64,000 bases of DNA from positions 1-64,000 of IMG/VR virus record IMGVR_UViG_3300042868_011620; one strand, written 5' to 3'. Below the pieces are notes generated by a model. It was not told the origin of the DNA and made no database searches. It saw only the letters and a program-made list of their open reading frames with translations. Below, piece by piece: positions 47,219-56,270 of the stretch; the stretch's first letter is position 1; the number at the start of each line of letters is the position of its first letter. The position numbers and the translations under genes are program-made. The DNA comes from a virus.

Positions 47219-47970
47219 AATTCATTAGTTTCGAGTCGTTTCATCAATCCATCAAAAGAGTCTTTGTCAGATGTTTGGTTGAAGAACCAAAATGCTAAAA
47301 TTGTTGCAGCCTTTTTAGTAATCAAAAAGTACAAAGGATCTTCGCCCTCTTCTCTCTTGTAGTACTCTTCCATCTTGTCTTCAAAAGATCCCTTGCCAAA
47401 AAATGGCTTTGGATTTTCATCACCCTCTTCTTGAACATGAGTGAGCATAATAACATACCAGAGAATGAGTCGATTCTGCGCTCTAACATCTGCTGTATGA
47501 TCAAACAAAGATTGATAGTTGCTTTCAAACTCTACAATTTGGCGGCGAACTTTAACAAGATCAGTAGAAATTTCCTCTACTCTTTCTTTTTGTTTGTCAG
47601 TTTTATTTTGAACAATTTCTAGACGAGAGTATTCATTTTGTAAATCAAAAATCTTTTTGTAAGAATCCACTAAGGACTGAGCATCATCTTCACTCATTAA
47701 GCCGCCAGTATCGCTGTACTTTTTGGCTAACATAGCTTTTGTCAAAATGCCTTTCTTGACACATCGACTCATCTCAACACTAAACTCTAACTCAGCCTCT
47801 TCAAGCTCTCTGCGCGAGGGGCGTTTTAGTTTAATAACTACTGGCACCTTTTCTTTAACTGTTTTTTTAGTGATAGTTTCTTCACCAGTTTTCTTATCTT
47901 TCTTAGAAGACTCGATTACTTTTTCCACTTCTTTATCTACTGTAAAATTGTATAGTTCTTTAAATTCCAT
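47215..47970 (-). CDS. Putative tail assembly chaperone
   Basis: Charged helical protein with a LKRPSRRE motif, two genes upstream of the TMP. Confidence 0.5.
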   Translation of the reverse strand: MEFKELYNFTVDKEVEKVIESSKKDKKTGEETITKKTVKEKVPVVIKLKRPSRRELEEAELEFSVEMSRCVKKGILTKAMLAKKYSDTGGLMSEDDAQSLVDSYKKIFDLQNEYSRLEIVQNKTDKQKERVEEISTDLVKVRRQIVEFESNYQSLFDHTADVRAQNRLILWYVIMLTHVQEEGDENPKPFFGKGSFEDKMEEYYKREEGEDPLYFLITKKAATILAFWFFNQTSDKDSFDGLMKRLETNEL

Positions 47971-47985
47971 ATGCCTTAATATATT

Positions 47986-48276
47986 TTAATTTTTAAATAC
48001 AAAAGTTACAGTATATTTTTCAAATTCATCAGAAAAATCTCTGATAGCTTCATTTCCAATGTCTAAAATTCGTTTTCTCAATCTAACTGACTTTTCATCT
48101 GTTAAATAATTTGCTGCATAAATTAAGTTATGATGCTCAGTTGGTAAAACATCTAAAATTTTCCTAAATTGAGAGTCATGTTCAAACTTTAAATCCTCAA
48201 TGATAACTAGCATATCCTTAAATAAGCTAGACATTGACCGTTTACACCTTTCTTCTAAAGAATTTTTAGCATTCAT
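47986..48276 (-). CDS. Hypothetical protein
   Basis: 96-aa ORF heading the leftward chaperone/TMP operon. Confidence 0.6.
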   Translation of the reverse strand: MNAKNSLEERCKRSMSSLFKDMLVIIEDLKFEHDSQFRKILDVLPTEHHNLIYAANYLTDEKSVRLRKRILDIGNEAIRDFSDEFEKYTVTFVFKN

Positions 48277-48321
48277 CCGTATACCTTTATATATAATACT
48301 TTTTAAAGTGTAAATTTCAAT

Positions 48322-48771
48322 ATGGCTAGTTTACTTAACGCATCAAAACAAACAGCAATCAATAGTATTTATGTTAATCTTCATGATACTTTTTCAAGAG
48401 CAATTGTTGTTTATAAAAATGCTCAAAAATCAGTGTCAACATCTAACGCTAAATTTAATGGCATTTATGGCAACGCTGGTAAAACTACTAGCATTGTAAA
48501 TCAGGAAGTTAGTCAAACCATTCAAGCAAGAATTTACTATACCAATTTAAAAGAAGAAATCTTATCAGATTCCAACGCTCCAGCTAGTAAAATTATACTG
48601 CCACAAGGCTCTGTTAAAATTATTGTAGATTTTGCAGGCGCTGAATTTATAAGAGAAGCTCGTCGAGTAGAATTCGATGGTAAAATATTTGCTATTAAAA
48701 GCGAATGGACTCCAATTTGTTTGTTTGATAATTTATATTATGAGTTTTACTTGAGTCCAATTGATTCTTGA
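48322..48771 (+). CDS. Putative head-tail joining (stopper-like) protein
   Basis: Beta-rich; RVEFDGKIFAI motif; first gene of the neck/tube operon. Confidence 0.5.
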   Translation: MASLLNASKQTAINSIYVNLHDTFSRAIVVYKNAQKSVSTSNAKFNGIYGNAGKTTSIVNQEVSQTIQARIYYTNLKEEILSDSNAPASKIILPQGSVKIIVDFAGAEFIREARRVEFDGKIFAIKSEWTPICLFDNLYYEFYLSPIDS

Positions 48772-48773
48772 TT

Positions 48774-49349
48774 ATGAAACTTCCCAAAGACGTACAGAGC
48801 ATTATAGATGCTCAAACTCCAAAACTTTTACGAGTTCCTTTTGAGCAAGCTCTTCAAAAAAGATTTGAAACTTTAAAAAATCAAATGATTAATGAGTTTT
48901 TGAATCACCCAGTTTCTCAAGAAATTTCAGGTGGTCCAGAAGCATCAAATTCGAGCGGTTCTCTTGGGGGATATGGAAATTTATTTTCATTCATTGGATT
49001 TGAAGAGGATGATGAACCTCTCAAACCAATTTTAGAACAGCTACAAGCAACAAACTTTATATACTCTGGAGAGATTGCTTCTGGAGTTAAATTCTCAATA
49101 CTACTTCCAACAGCTAAGGAGATTTTTGAGGTTACTCCCATGCCATGGGCCTCTGGTAGAAGTTGGGCCAAAGGAATCGAAAGTGGAATCTCTGGACTAG
49201 GATTTTATTTAAAATTAAAAAGTAAAAATAGTAGATCTGGCGAAGGAATACAAACTAGTGTAAAAGCTAATACTAGAAGATTTAAAAATCAACAATACAT
49301 TTCTCTTTTGATTAATAAATACACTAACTTATTCGCTCAATTAAAATGA
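48774..49349 (+). CDS. Putative neck/tail completion protein
   Basis: Position between the stopper-like gene and the tube gene; basic C-terminus. Confidence 0.45.
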   Translation: MKLPKDVQSIIDAQTPKLLRVPFEQALQKRFETLKNQMINEFLNHPVSQEISGGPEASNSSGSLGGYGNLFSFIGFEEDDEPLKPILEQLQATNFIYSGEIASGVKFSILLPTAKEIFEVTPMPWASGRSWAKGIESGISGLGFYLKLKSKNSRSGEGIQTSVKANTRRFKNQQYISLLINKYTNLFAQLK

Positions 49350-50194
49350 TAGAACAATTCCAACACAGAGCCACGACTTCTTTTTTACTATGGTTTGACA
49401 ATTTCTTGTTACGCAAAGGAGAAGCATTTTCCAATCAAACTGGAAAGTTTTTTAATTATACTGATGATCGCTTAGATTCTAGATATAAACCATATGGTAG
49501 CGCTTACAAGCAGTGGGTCACAGATTCTTCTATAGCTAATGCTGTGGTTCCTAGTGGGGTTCATATCAGCGGATCTTTCGTTCCAAGAAGCAATTCTTTA
49601 ATCATTGATTTTGAAAATGGAAGAGTTTTAGCTAGCGGAGTTGCTGCATCCGCTCCAATTACAGGATCATTCTCCGTAAAAGATTTTAATGTTTATTTTA
49701 CTAATGACTCTGAGGATGATTTGATTGTGGAGAGAAAGTATATTCAAAACTCTCGAATCTCTAGTCCTGATGAAAGCTATATTTCACCATATGATCAAGT
49801 AGTGCCTGCTATTTTCTTGTCTAGTGATTCTATGAAGAATGATGGATTTGCATTTGGCGGCATGGATACTACTAAAATTAATATGAAAGCTGTAATTTTA
49901 GCTGAAAATGCTTATCAGTTAGATGGAGTTCTATCTATTTTTGCAGATTCATATAATGAGAATATTTGCAACGTTCCCTTTTCTGGTCACCCTCAAACAG
50001 AGTATGGAGATTTAAAAAATGGATCTTATTCTTATGCAAATTTAAAGTCAACTTACGCTTCTAATACTTCATTTTTTATTAACAGCGTAAATGCTTCCAA
50101 ATTAACCGATAAGGCTAGAACAACTTTAACAGATAACTTGTATGTTGGATTTTTAGACTTTGAAATACACCAACAAAGATATTCAAGACAATAA
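49346..50194 (+). CDS. Putative tail terminator protein
   Basis: Immediately upstream of the major tail gene; VPAIFLS...GFAFGG motif. Confidence 0.45.
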   Translation: MIEQFQHRATTSFLLWFDNFLLRKGEAFSNQTGKFFNYTDDRLDSRYKPYGSAYKQWVTDSSIANAVVPSGVHISGSFVPRSNSLIIDFENGRVLASGVAASAPITGSFSVKDFNVYFTNDSEDDLIVERKYIQNSRISSPDESYISPYDQVVPAIFLSSDSMKNDGFAFGGMDTTKINMKAVILAENAYQLDGVLSIFADSYNENICNVPFSGHPQTEYGDLKNGSYSYANLKSTYASNTSFFINSVNASKLTDKARTTLTDNLYVGFLDFEIHQQRYSRQ

Positions 50195-50261
50195 AAAAAA
50201 TTCTCTTTAATAGGGAAAAACTGTAAATAAAACGAACCCCAACTAAACCTATTTAACTACC

Positions 50262-51416
50262 ATGGCTAGAAATCGAGTAATTTATCAATCAGACGCATTA
50301 TACGTCAGCAAAAATATCACTGGATCTGTGAGCGGCGCTCACGTTCAACTTGATCGCGTTCAAAGCGCAAACTACAGTTTCACTATCAATCGTCAAGACA
50401 TCAATCAATTTGGTGAACTTGGACGCATTGGATATGTGACTCTTGAGCCGCCAACTGTTAATCTTGACTTTACTTATTATTTAACAGATGGAGCTAATGA
50501 AAGAGCTATGAATTTCCACGTTAGAAATGGTGGAGTTGGAATGACTGGAGAAAGAACATTTCTTTCTGGACACATGATTGCAGACTTTAGTGGACAAAAT
50601 TTCTACATCTTAACATCTACAGAAGGAAATGATGTTAATAATACTACTGGAGATGTGACTGGAGCTGGAAACTACATTAAAAATGCTGTTGGCATTGGTA
50701 ATGCTTATATTACTAATTATAGTCTTGATGCATCAGTTGGTAACCTCCCAACAGTATCAGTTTCATTTGAAGGTGCCAATATGAATGCTGTTACTGGAGT
50801 AACCCCACTTTCTGGTGGTTGGAGTGGATTGCAAAATGCAGCTGTTCAACCAGAAAGTGGAATTTCATTCTCTGGAACTGGAGTTCTTCTTCCAAGTGGC
50901 AAAAGCTCCTTGGGAATAGCTGGAATCACCGCTCTTCGCCCTGGAGACATCACATTAAACTTATCACTTTTTGATGATGTTGGAAGTGGAGTTTTCTCTA
51001 AAGTAAGTGGAACAGACGCTATTCATATTCAGAGTGCTGCGTTAGCTATTCCTCTCTCTAGAACTCCAATTCAGCGCCTTGGAAGTAGATTTGCATTCAG
51101 CAGACCATTAGACTTGCCAGCAAGTGCTACGCTTTCAGTTTCCGCTATCGTTAATGAAATGACTGCTGAAAATCTTGCCGCAGTTCTTGATTTAACTTAT
51201 GAAAAAGATATTACCCTTACTATTAACGCCCCAACTGGTGGTGCAGCAGTAATTTATACTCTTAAAAAATGCCGCTTAGACAGCGAATCATTCTCTAGTA
51301 GCATTGGCGCAAATAAAACTGTTGATCTTGTTTTCTCTACTCAGTACAGCAGCTTGAATGATACTACGCGAGGAGTTTTCATGAGTGGTATTTCCACTGG
51401 AACAATCTTCGCTTAA
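50262..51416 (+). CDS. Major tail tube protein
   Basis: Gly/Ser/Thr-rich beta protein with higher-expression codon style; own upstream motif and a strong terminator; paralogous to two genes after the TMP. Confidence 0.7.
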   Translation: MARNRVIYQSDALYVSKNITGSVSGAHVQLDRVQSANYSFTINRQDINQFGELGRIGYVTLEPPTVNLDFTYYLTDGANERAMNFHVRNGGVGMTGERTFLSGHMIADFSGQNFYILTSTEGNDVNNTTGDVTGAGNYIKNAVGIGNAYITNYSLDASVGNLPTVSVSFEGANMNAVTGVTPLSGGWSGLQNAAVQPESGISFSGTGVLLPSGKSSLGIAGITALRPGDITLNLSLFDDVGSGVFSKVSGTDAIHIQSAALAIPLSRTPIQRLGSRFAFSRPLDLPASATLSVSAIVNEMTAENLAAVLDLTYEKDITLTINAPTGGAAVIYTLKKCRLDSESFSSSIGANKTVDLVFSTQYSSLNDTTRGVFMSGISTGTIFA

Positions 51417-51426
51417 CCGCTTAAAT

Positions 51427-51460
51427 AAAAAAGGAGCATGGGAAACCATGCTCCTTTTTT
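51427..51460. terminator. Bidirectional rho-independent terminator
   Basis: aaaaaaggagcatgg-gaaa-ccatgctcctttttt between convergent genes. Confidence 0.9.
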
Positions 51461-51483
51461 TATATTATCACAGCTGAAAAATT

Positions 51484-51933
51484 TTAGTTTATATCTGTTT
51501 CAATTCCGCCTAATTGAAGTGGCTCAGATTGATACATGTTATATTTGTGACTCATAGAATCAATTTTAGCTTGGCAATCTGTTGCCATGGACTTGTAGAC
51601 TTTTGCTACTTCGTTTTTATTAGTGAATGATACTGAGCTATTGCCATCTCGTAAACTCAAAACATCTCCTCCATTAGATGCTGAAAGTATGCCTCTGAGA
51701 GCATTACGAGATTGTTTATTGTAATAACTACAGAGATACATCTCTTTATAAATGGCGCTAGACTCTAAATCCAAGAGCGCTCCGCTACCACTATACGATG
51801 TATTAATAAGTGTATTTAATTGTCCAAGATTCTCATTTAGCCAAGAGGTGATGTAAGACTCTGGAACAATGCCAGAATCTCCATCAAATTCAGTTTGAAA
51901 AATGCCAGAACTTAAATCACTAATAGCGCTCAT
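51484..51933 (-). CDS. Putative head-tail adaptor
   Basis: Downstream of capsid genes; SLRDGNSSVSF resembles the adaptor S.x.GD.SVSY motif. Confidence 0.5.
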   Translation of the reverse strand: MSAISDLSSGIFQTEFDGDSGIVPESYITSWLNENLGQLNTLINTSYSGSGALLDLESSAIYKEMYLCSYYNKQSRNALRGILSASNGGDVLSLRDGNSSVSFTNKNEVAKVYKSMATDCQAKIDSMSHKYNMYQSEPLQLGGIETDIN

Positions 51934-51947
51934 ATAAACATTTTACA

Positions 51948-52394
51948 CTAAATGTCATTGATAATTTTCATTAAGTGTTTATGTTCAGGATTATTAGGGT
52001 CCATTACAAAGCTATTCATAGAAGTTGGCATGATGTTTCTGCGGCTATTGCGCGTGGAAGCAGAGAATTCTTTTAATAAGTTTTTCTTTAGAGTGGGATA
52101 ATCGTGAAAAGGATTGAGTCCAACTTTTTGAGCAAGTTTTTGAATTTCTGATAAGCTCATGCCAGCCAAGGACTCTTGAAATACTTCTAGTTCATTAGTT
52201 CCGAATGGGCTAATCTGAGATACTCCTAATAGGATTTCTAACTCTCTCATTTTAGCTACAAATTCTGGAGTGTTTGTGGAATTTGAAGCTCTCATTTCGT
52301 TGATTTCTTCAATCAGTGTGCGGCTGGAATGTGGATTAGATTCATAACTAGAGGTTACTCCGTTGGCAGTTTCCATTTGATTTGTGTTGCTCAT
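51948..52394 (-). CDS. Hypothetical protein (possible Rho-N/HeH-like helical domain)
   Basis: LAGMSLSEIQKLAQKVGL motif; follows the capsid gene. Confidence 0.5.
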   Translation of the reverse strand: MSNTNQMETANGVTSSYESNPHSSRTLIEEINEMRASNSTNTPEFVAKMRELEILLGVSQISPFGTNELEVFQESLAGMSLSEIQKLAQKVGLNPFHDYPTLKKNLLKEFSASTRNSRRNIMPTSMNSFVMDPNNPEHKHLMKIINDI

Positions 52395-52428
52395 ACTATA
52401 TTATAAATTAAATATAGCGTTTTTAAAT

Positions 52429-52457
52429 AAAAAGAGCCGCCCCTTTCAGGGCGGCTC
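52429..52457 (-). terminator. Rho-independent terminator after the major capsid gene
   Basis: gagccgccc/gggcggctc stem with a T-run on the minus strand. Confidence 0.85.
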
Positions 52458-52475
52458 AGTTTAAGAAAGACTAGC

Positions 52476-53618
52476 TTATGCTAATCCAGAGACGATCTTA
52501 CCAACAAGGGCGCGAGTGTCAAGCACCATGCGACCTTCTTCAAGGCTACCAAAGTATCCAATCTTGTTCTGACGGATTGAGTACTGGTCATCAGCGATGA
52601 GGCTGAACTCAGAGCCTGTATCAGAGTCTGTAGCAACTGCGCGAATGAGAGACTCGCGACCACGATCAATACCGATGATGATTTCGTCATTAGCGCCATC
52701 AAATGCTCCGCTGATTGTGCTAGAAGCATTAAAGAAGCTTGTGGCTCCAGCAACGTTATCAAAGATGGTGTTAAAGCGCTGATTACGGCCAAGCTCATTA
52801 ATTTCCATGATTGAAACTCCATAAAACTCTGGAATACCAGCGCTGTTATAGATTGCTGTTCTCATGTCATCTGGAGCAGTAATGCCATCAGTAGGGGTTC
52901 CGCCAGCAGGACTTCCTTTTGTGTTGATAGGATTGTAAGCCATTGCGCGAAGCTCTTGAACAACTTCTGGGGAAACAATGATGTCGGTGATGCCACGGCC
53001 ACTGCGGCTCTCTGGAGTGCCTTTGAGCCATGATGTGTTGATTCTCTTGGCGAGAGTGAAGAGTTCGTTGAGGTCAGCCAAGAGGAAGCGCCCATTGCTT
53101 GTAGCGCGTTGAACGTGACGTTTACCGTTGGTTGTTGCTCCAGCCAAAGCTGCGAGAAGCAAGTTGGCAGAGGTTTTCTCTTGTTTGAAGAGAATTTCTT
53201 GAGCCATGCGAGTGAAGGTTTTGCTAATCACATCCATGCGACTCTTAGATGCATAACGCTTATCAAAGCTGAGTGCAGAGTCGAGGGAATAGGTAGCAAT
53301 TTTCATTTCGCTCACAGTTGGGAGCACTTGGTTCTGGGGAAGACCACCAGCAACGCTCTGACTGTAAACAGTGATATAATCTTCAGCAGAGATATCATAG
53401 TAGAGGTCGAGAGGAATGCTAGGATTATCATCCTTGTTGAACTGGAACACTGTAAACAAGTTACTAAGTGTTGGAGCGTTGTTGATAACTTCAGCTAAAA
53501 CTGGACCAATAAATTCAGCGAGAGCTGTTTGTGCTTCTGATGCAACAGCGCGGTTTTTTGAGGCCATAGCCTTGATTAACTCGATTTGCTCAGGAGTTCT
53601 TTTGAGTGTAATTTTCAT
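52476..53618 (-). CDS. Major capsid protein
   Basis: 380 aa; follows portal-protease-decoration; GC-richer highly expressed codon style; GIPEFYGVSI motif; strong terminator. Confidence 0.8.
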   Translation of the reverse strand: MKITLKRTPEQIELIKAMASKNRAVASEAQTALAEFIGPVLAEVINNAPTLSNLFTVFQFNKDDNPSIPLDLYYDISAEDYITVYSQSVAGGLPQNQVLPTVSEMKIATYSLDSALSFDKRYASKSRMDVISKTFTRMAQEILFKQEKTSANLLLAALAGATTNGKRHVQRATSNGRFLLADLNELFTLAKRINTSWLKGTPESRSGRGITDIIVSPEVVQELRAMAYNPINTKGSPAGGTPTDGITAPDDMRTAIYNSAGIPEFYGVSIMEINELGRNQRFNTIFDNVAGATSFFNASSTISGAFDGANDEIIIGIDRGRESLIRAVATDSDTGSEFSLIADDQYSIRQNKIGYFGSLEEGRMVLDTRALVGKIVSGLA

Positions 53619-53639
53619 TATATTTTAAAAGGGTTAAGA

Positions 53640-54275
53640 TTAGATTCCGAGAGCAATGATAGCGTATGCGCTAGTTCCTGTTCCTGCGAATTGATCGGGA
53701 ATTGATGTTGAAGGTGTACGAGATCCTGTTGCCATGACAAATGCCACGCGAGTAGGATCGGTGATTGCACAACCAGTGAGTTTTCCACTAACTCCACTAG
53801 GAAGCTTTAATCCACTACCAATACCAATAGCGCCAACATAAGCGGCATCAGTGATAGTGAAAAATCCTTTGCAAGCAACTGGAACAGCTTGTCCTGGAAG
53901 AACAGCTTGTAACTCAGCAGCTTTCTGAGGATAATAGAGAAGTTTTTCTCCATTTTCATCAGTTTTAGCAGTCTGATTAAGAGTGAGTCCAAGAAGAGAG
54001 TCTCCAGATGTTGCTGGTTTAACAGAGAGAGTGACTCTTGGATAGGAATTACTTCCAACAAAAGCATAGTCTGTTTTACCTAAATACGATGCATAAGTGT
54101 TATCAAATGTGATAGTATCAAGGTTTAAATTGCCAGAACTCATAGTAACGAAAACGCCAGCGTCTCCGTTAGTAGTTCCAGTTGTGCTTTCGCCAACATA
54201 TGCTGCATCAAGTGCAAACATGTTAATAACGTTAGATTCGTGATATTGTCTAAATGGTAAGATTCGGAGTGCCAT
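53640..54275 (-). CDS. Capsid decoration/cement protein
   Basis: Small Gly/Ala/Thr-rich protein between the scaffold and capsid genes. Confidence 0.55.
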   Translation of the reverse strand: MALRILPFRQYHESNVINMFALDAAYVGESTTGTTNGDAGVFVTMSSGNLNLDTITFDNTYASYLGKTDYAFVGSNSYPRVTLSVKPATSGDSLLGLTLNQTAKTDENGEKLLYYPQKAAELQAVLPGQAVPVACKGFFTITDAAYVGAIGIGSGLKLPSGVSGKLTGCAITDPTRVAFVMATGSRTPSTSIPDQFAGTGTSAYAIIALGI

Positions 54276-54287
54276 ATATTTTTTTAA

Positions 54288-55004
54288 TTAGGAAATGATA
54301 ATGTTGTTACGGTTAAAAGCTGCTGCGAATTTATCGCGCAGAGATGGTTCGGAACGAGAAGATGTTTCATTTGAGCTAGAAATGCCAGCTTCAGAAGCTT
54401 CAGCATTTTCAATAGCATCAGGAATTGAATCAGACTCTTCTGGTTCTTTTTCAGCTTCTTTTTCTTCAGAAGCTTTTGATAATTTGAGTTTAGCGATTTT
54501 CTTTTCAACTTCAGCATCAATTTTGTCTTGAATGCTCTTGTCAATAGAAGCTTTAGCTTCTTTATTTTTGTGTTTCCACACAACTGCTAATTTGCCTTGG
54601 AATGAAGCGAAGCTCTCTTCTGTTTCATCCAAAGACTTGAGTTCTTGAACTAAAAATTGTCGATCTTCAGCATCTAATTCGTAGCTTTGATCAACAGTGT
54701 CCATGCGAGAATTGAATCGGGCTAAGCCCTCTTCAATTTTCTTAAAAGCTTCAAATTCAGCAAGCTTTTGACTGGAAACTTCAAGCTGTTCACGAATTTC
54801 AGCCATGGAAGCTTTGAGAGCTTCACGCTCAGCGGCCAATGCTTCTTTTTCTTTTGAAGCGGCAACCAAAGACTCTTTGTATTCAGCATCTTTCTGCTTG
54901 ATAGCATCAGCGAATGTGTTAGTCATATTAGCCACGGCTTCTTCGGAAAATTTCTTTTCCAAAAGAACATCTTTTAACTCTAAGAGAATTTTTTCTACTT
55001 CCAT
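54288..55004 (-). CDS. Nested in-frame scaffold protein (internal start MEVEK)
   Basis: Internal ATG preceded by CTGTAAATAA (55021-55030), identical to the element before the major tail gene. Confidence 0.55.
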   Translation of the reverse strand: MEVEKILLELKDVLLEKKFSEEAVANMTNTFADAIKQKDAEYKESLVAASKEKEALAAEREALKASMAEIREQLEVSSQKLAEFEAFKKIEEGLARFNSRMDTVDQSYELDAEDRQFLVQELKSLDETEESFASFQGKLAVVWKHKNKEAKASIDKSIQDKIDAEVEKKIAKLKLSKASEEKEAEKEPEESDSIPDAIENAEASEAGISSSNETSSRSEPSLRDKFAAAFNRNNIIIS

Positions 55005-55871
55005 AGTCTTTATTTTTGTGTTATTTACAGCAAGAATTTTATCTTGTGAAATTTTAGATTTATTTTTTTCATTGAAGAGCGGATGCTTCATATTGAAAAT
55101 TGATTTTTTTTCTTGAACTGGAAACGCATTGAATTCGGATTGATCTGAGAACAAACCTTTGACATCTGCTGCTGGATTTGTTGTGAATCCAATTCCTAGT
55201 GGGAAAACTTCTCCTTTTAAAATGCGATAAACTTTAGAACCGTCACTCAATCTGCCAGGTCCGCCATAAGCTTTGAGTTTAGCTTTCATTTCTTCAAAGT
55301 GTTTTGGATTAGTGATTAATTCACAATCTGCGAAGTCCTCACCACCAACTGCAATTGTAAAATCATTAAAACCAATCTCCCAACTAGTAGAAATGTGTTG
55401 ATACATAGTATCAGTTGGATCTACTGATCTTTGAATCATGCTAGCAAAATCTTTGTTAGCATATTTATAAACAACAGCTCCCAAAGAAATGTTAAAAGCA
55501 TCTGTTCTAGATGCTACAGTGTCTAAGGAGATTAAAGCGCTGTCTTGACCATATTCGCTAAAGCCAGCAGAAACAATGTGTCCAACAATTTGACTCTTAT
55601 CATGCTCAATGTTCGTTGGTTTGTGAATAAAGTTTTTAACAACTTGAGATGCTGTAACAGCATCCATTCCATCGTCATTTTTATTAAATTTATTAACAAC
55701 AGCAGCATTAAATGCTACTCCCAACAAATCAATATTCTCAGAAAAATTAATTTCTTGAGGAATAAGAGGTTTTAAATTTTCAAGTGAAGCTTTAGAAATA
55801 AACGACTCGTCGCCCAATGCGCAAAAGCGAATTGGCGATGAAAATGAACTCGTATATTTATATTGCTTCAT
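54288..55871 (-). CDS. Prohead protease fused to scaffold
   Basis: NKNDD, KPTNIEH...IVGHI, STSWE, GIGFTTNPAAD protease motifs; acidic coiled-coil C-terminal half. Confidence 0.8.
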   Translation of the reverse strand: MKQYKYTSSFSSPIRFCALGDESFISKASLENLKPLIPQEINFSENIDLLGVAFNAAVVNKFNKNDDGMDAVTASQVVKNFIHKPTNIEHDKSQIVGHIVSAGFSEYGQDSALISLDTVASRTDAFNISLGAVVYKYANKDFASMIQRSVDPTDTMYQHISTSWEIGFNDFTIAVGGEDFADCELITNPKHFEEMKAKLKAYGGPGRLSDGSKVYRILKGEVFPLGIGFTTNPAADVKGLFSDQSEFNAFPVQEKKSIFNMKHPLFNEKNKSKISQDKILAVNNTKIKTMEVEKILLELKDVLLEKKFSEEAVANMTNTFADAIKQKDAEYKESLVAASKEKEALAAEREALKASMAEIREQLEVSSQKLAEFEAFKKIEEGLARFNSRMDTVDQSYELDAEDRQFLVQELKSLDETEESFASFQGKLAVVWKHKNKEAKASIDKSIQDKIDAEVEKKIAKLKLSKASEEKEAEKEPEESDSIPDAIENAEASEAGISSSNETSSRSEPSLRDKFAAAFNRNNIIIS

Positions 55872-55877
55872 TAATGA

Positions 55878-56270
55878 TTACTTTCCTTCTTCTGTTTTTT
55901 CCATTTCGTCACTCTCTTCATTTTCATGCTCATCAGAGTCATCTGGACTGTCCATTTTTTTCAAAATAGCTTTTTGAAGTGCAGGAGGAAGTTTCTTTTG
56001 GCCTGGAGTGAGTTCTCCAGAAGTGCTCTTTTCCATCATCATCTTTTTCATCTTGTCGAATTGCATAGCGCATGTAGACATGGTAGCCTCTTTGCTCATT
56101 CCAGCAGTGTTCACAAGATCTTCTTCATTTGCAGCGCAAAGACTCATAAAGCTCTTGTAAAGATACTCTTGCTTTGGTTTCATTTTAGAAAGAGAAATTT
56201 CATATTCTCCATTTTTAAATTCAACAGTTTTTTCTAATGGAACTTTGATGTCGCCTAAGTTAATTTTCAT
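55878..56270 (-). CDS. Hypothetical head-region protein
   Basis: Between portal and protease; LTPGQKKLPPALQKAILKK motif and acidic tail. Confidence 0.6.
   Translation of the reverse strand: MKINLGDIKVPLEKTVEFKNGEYEISLSKMKPKQEYLYKSFMSLCAANEEDLVNTAGMSKEATMSTCAMQFDKMKKMMMEKSTSGELTPGQKKLPPALQKAILKKMDSPDDSDEHENEESDEMEKTEEGK

Noticed and set aside
47215-47260. Programmed -1 frameshift joining the two tail chaperone ORFs
   Set aside because: The downstream frame has a TGA two codons before its GTG start, and no slippery heptamer is evident.
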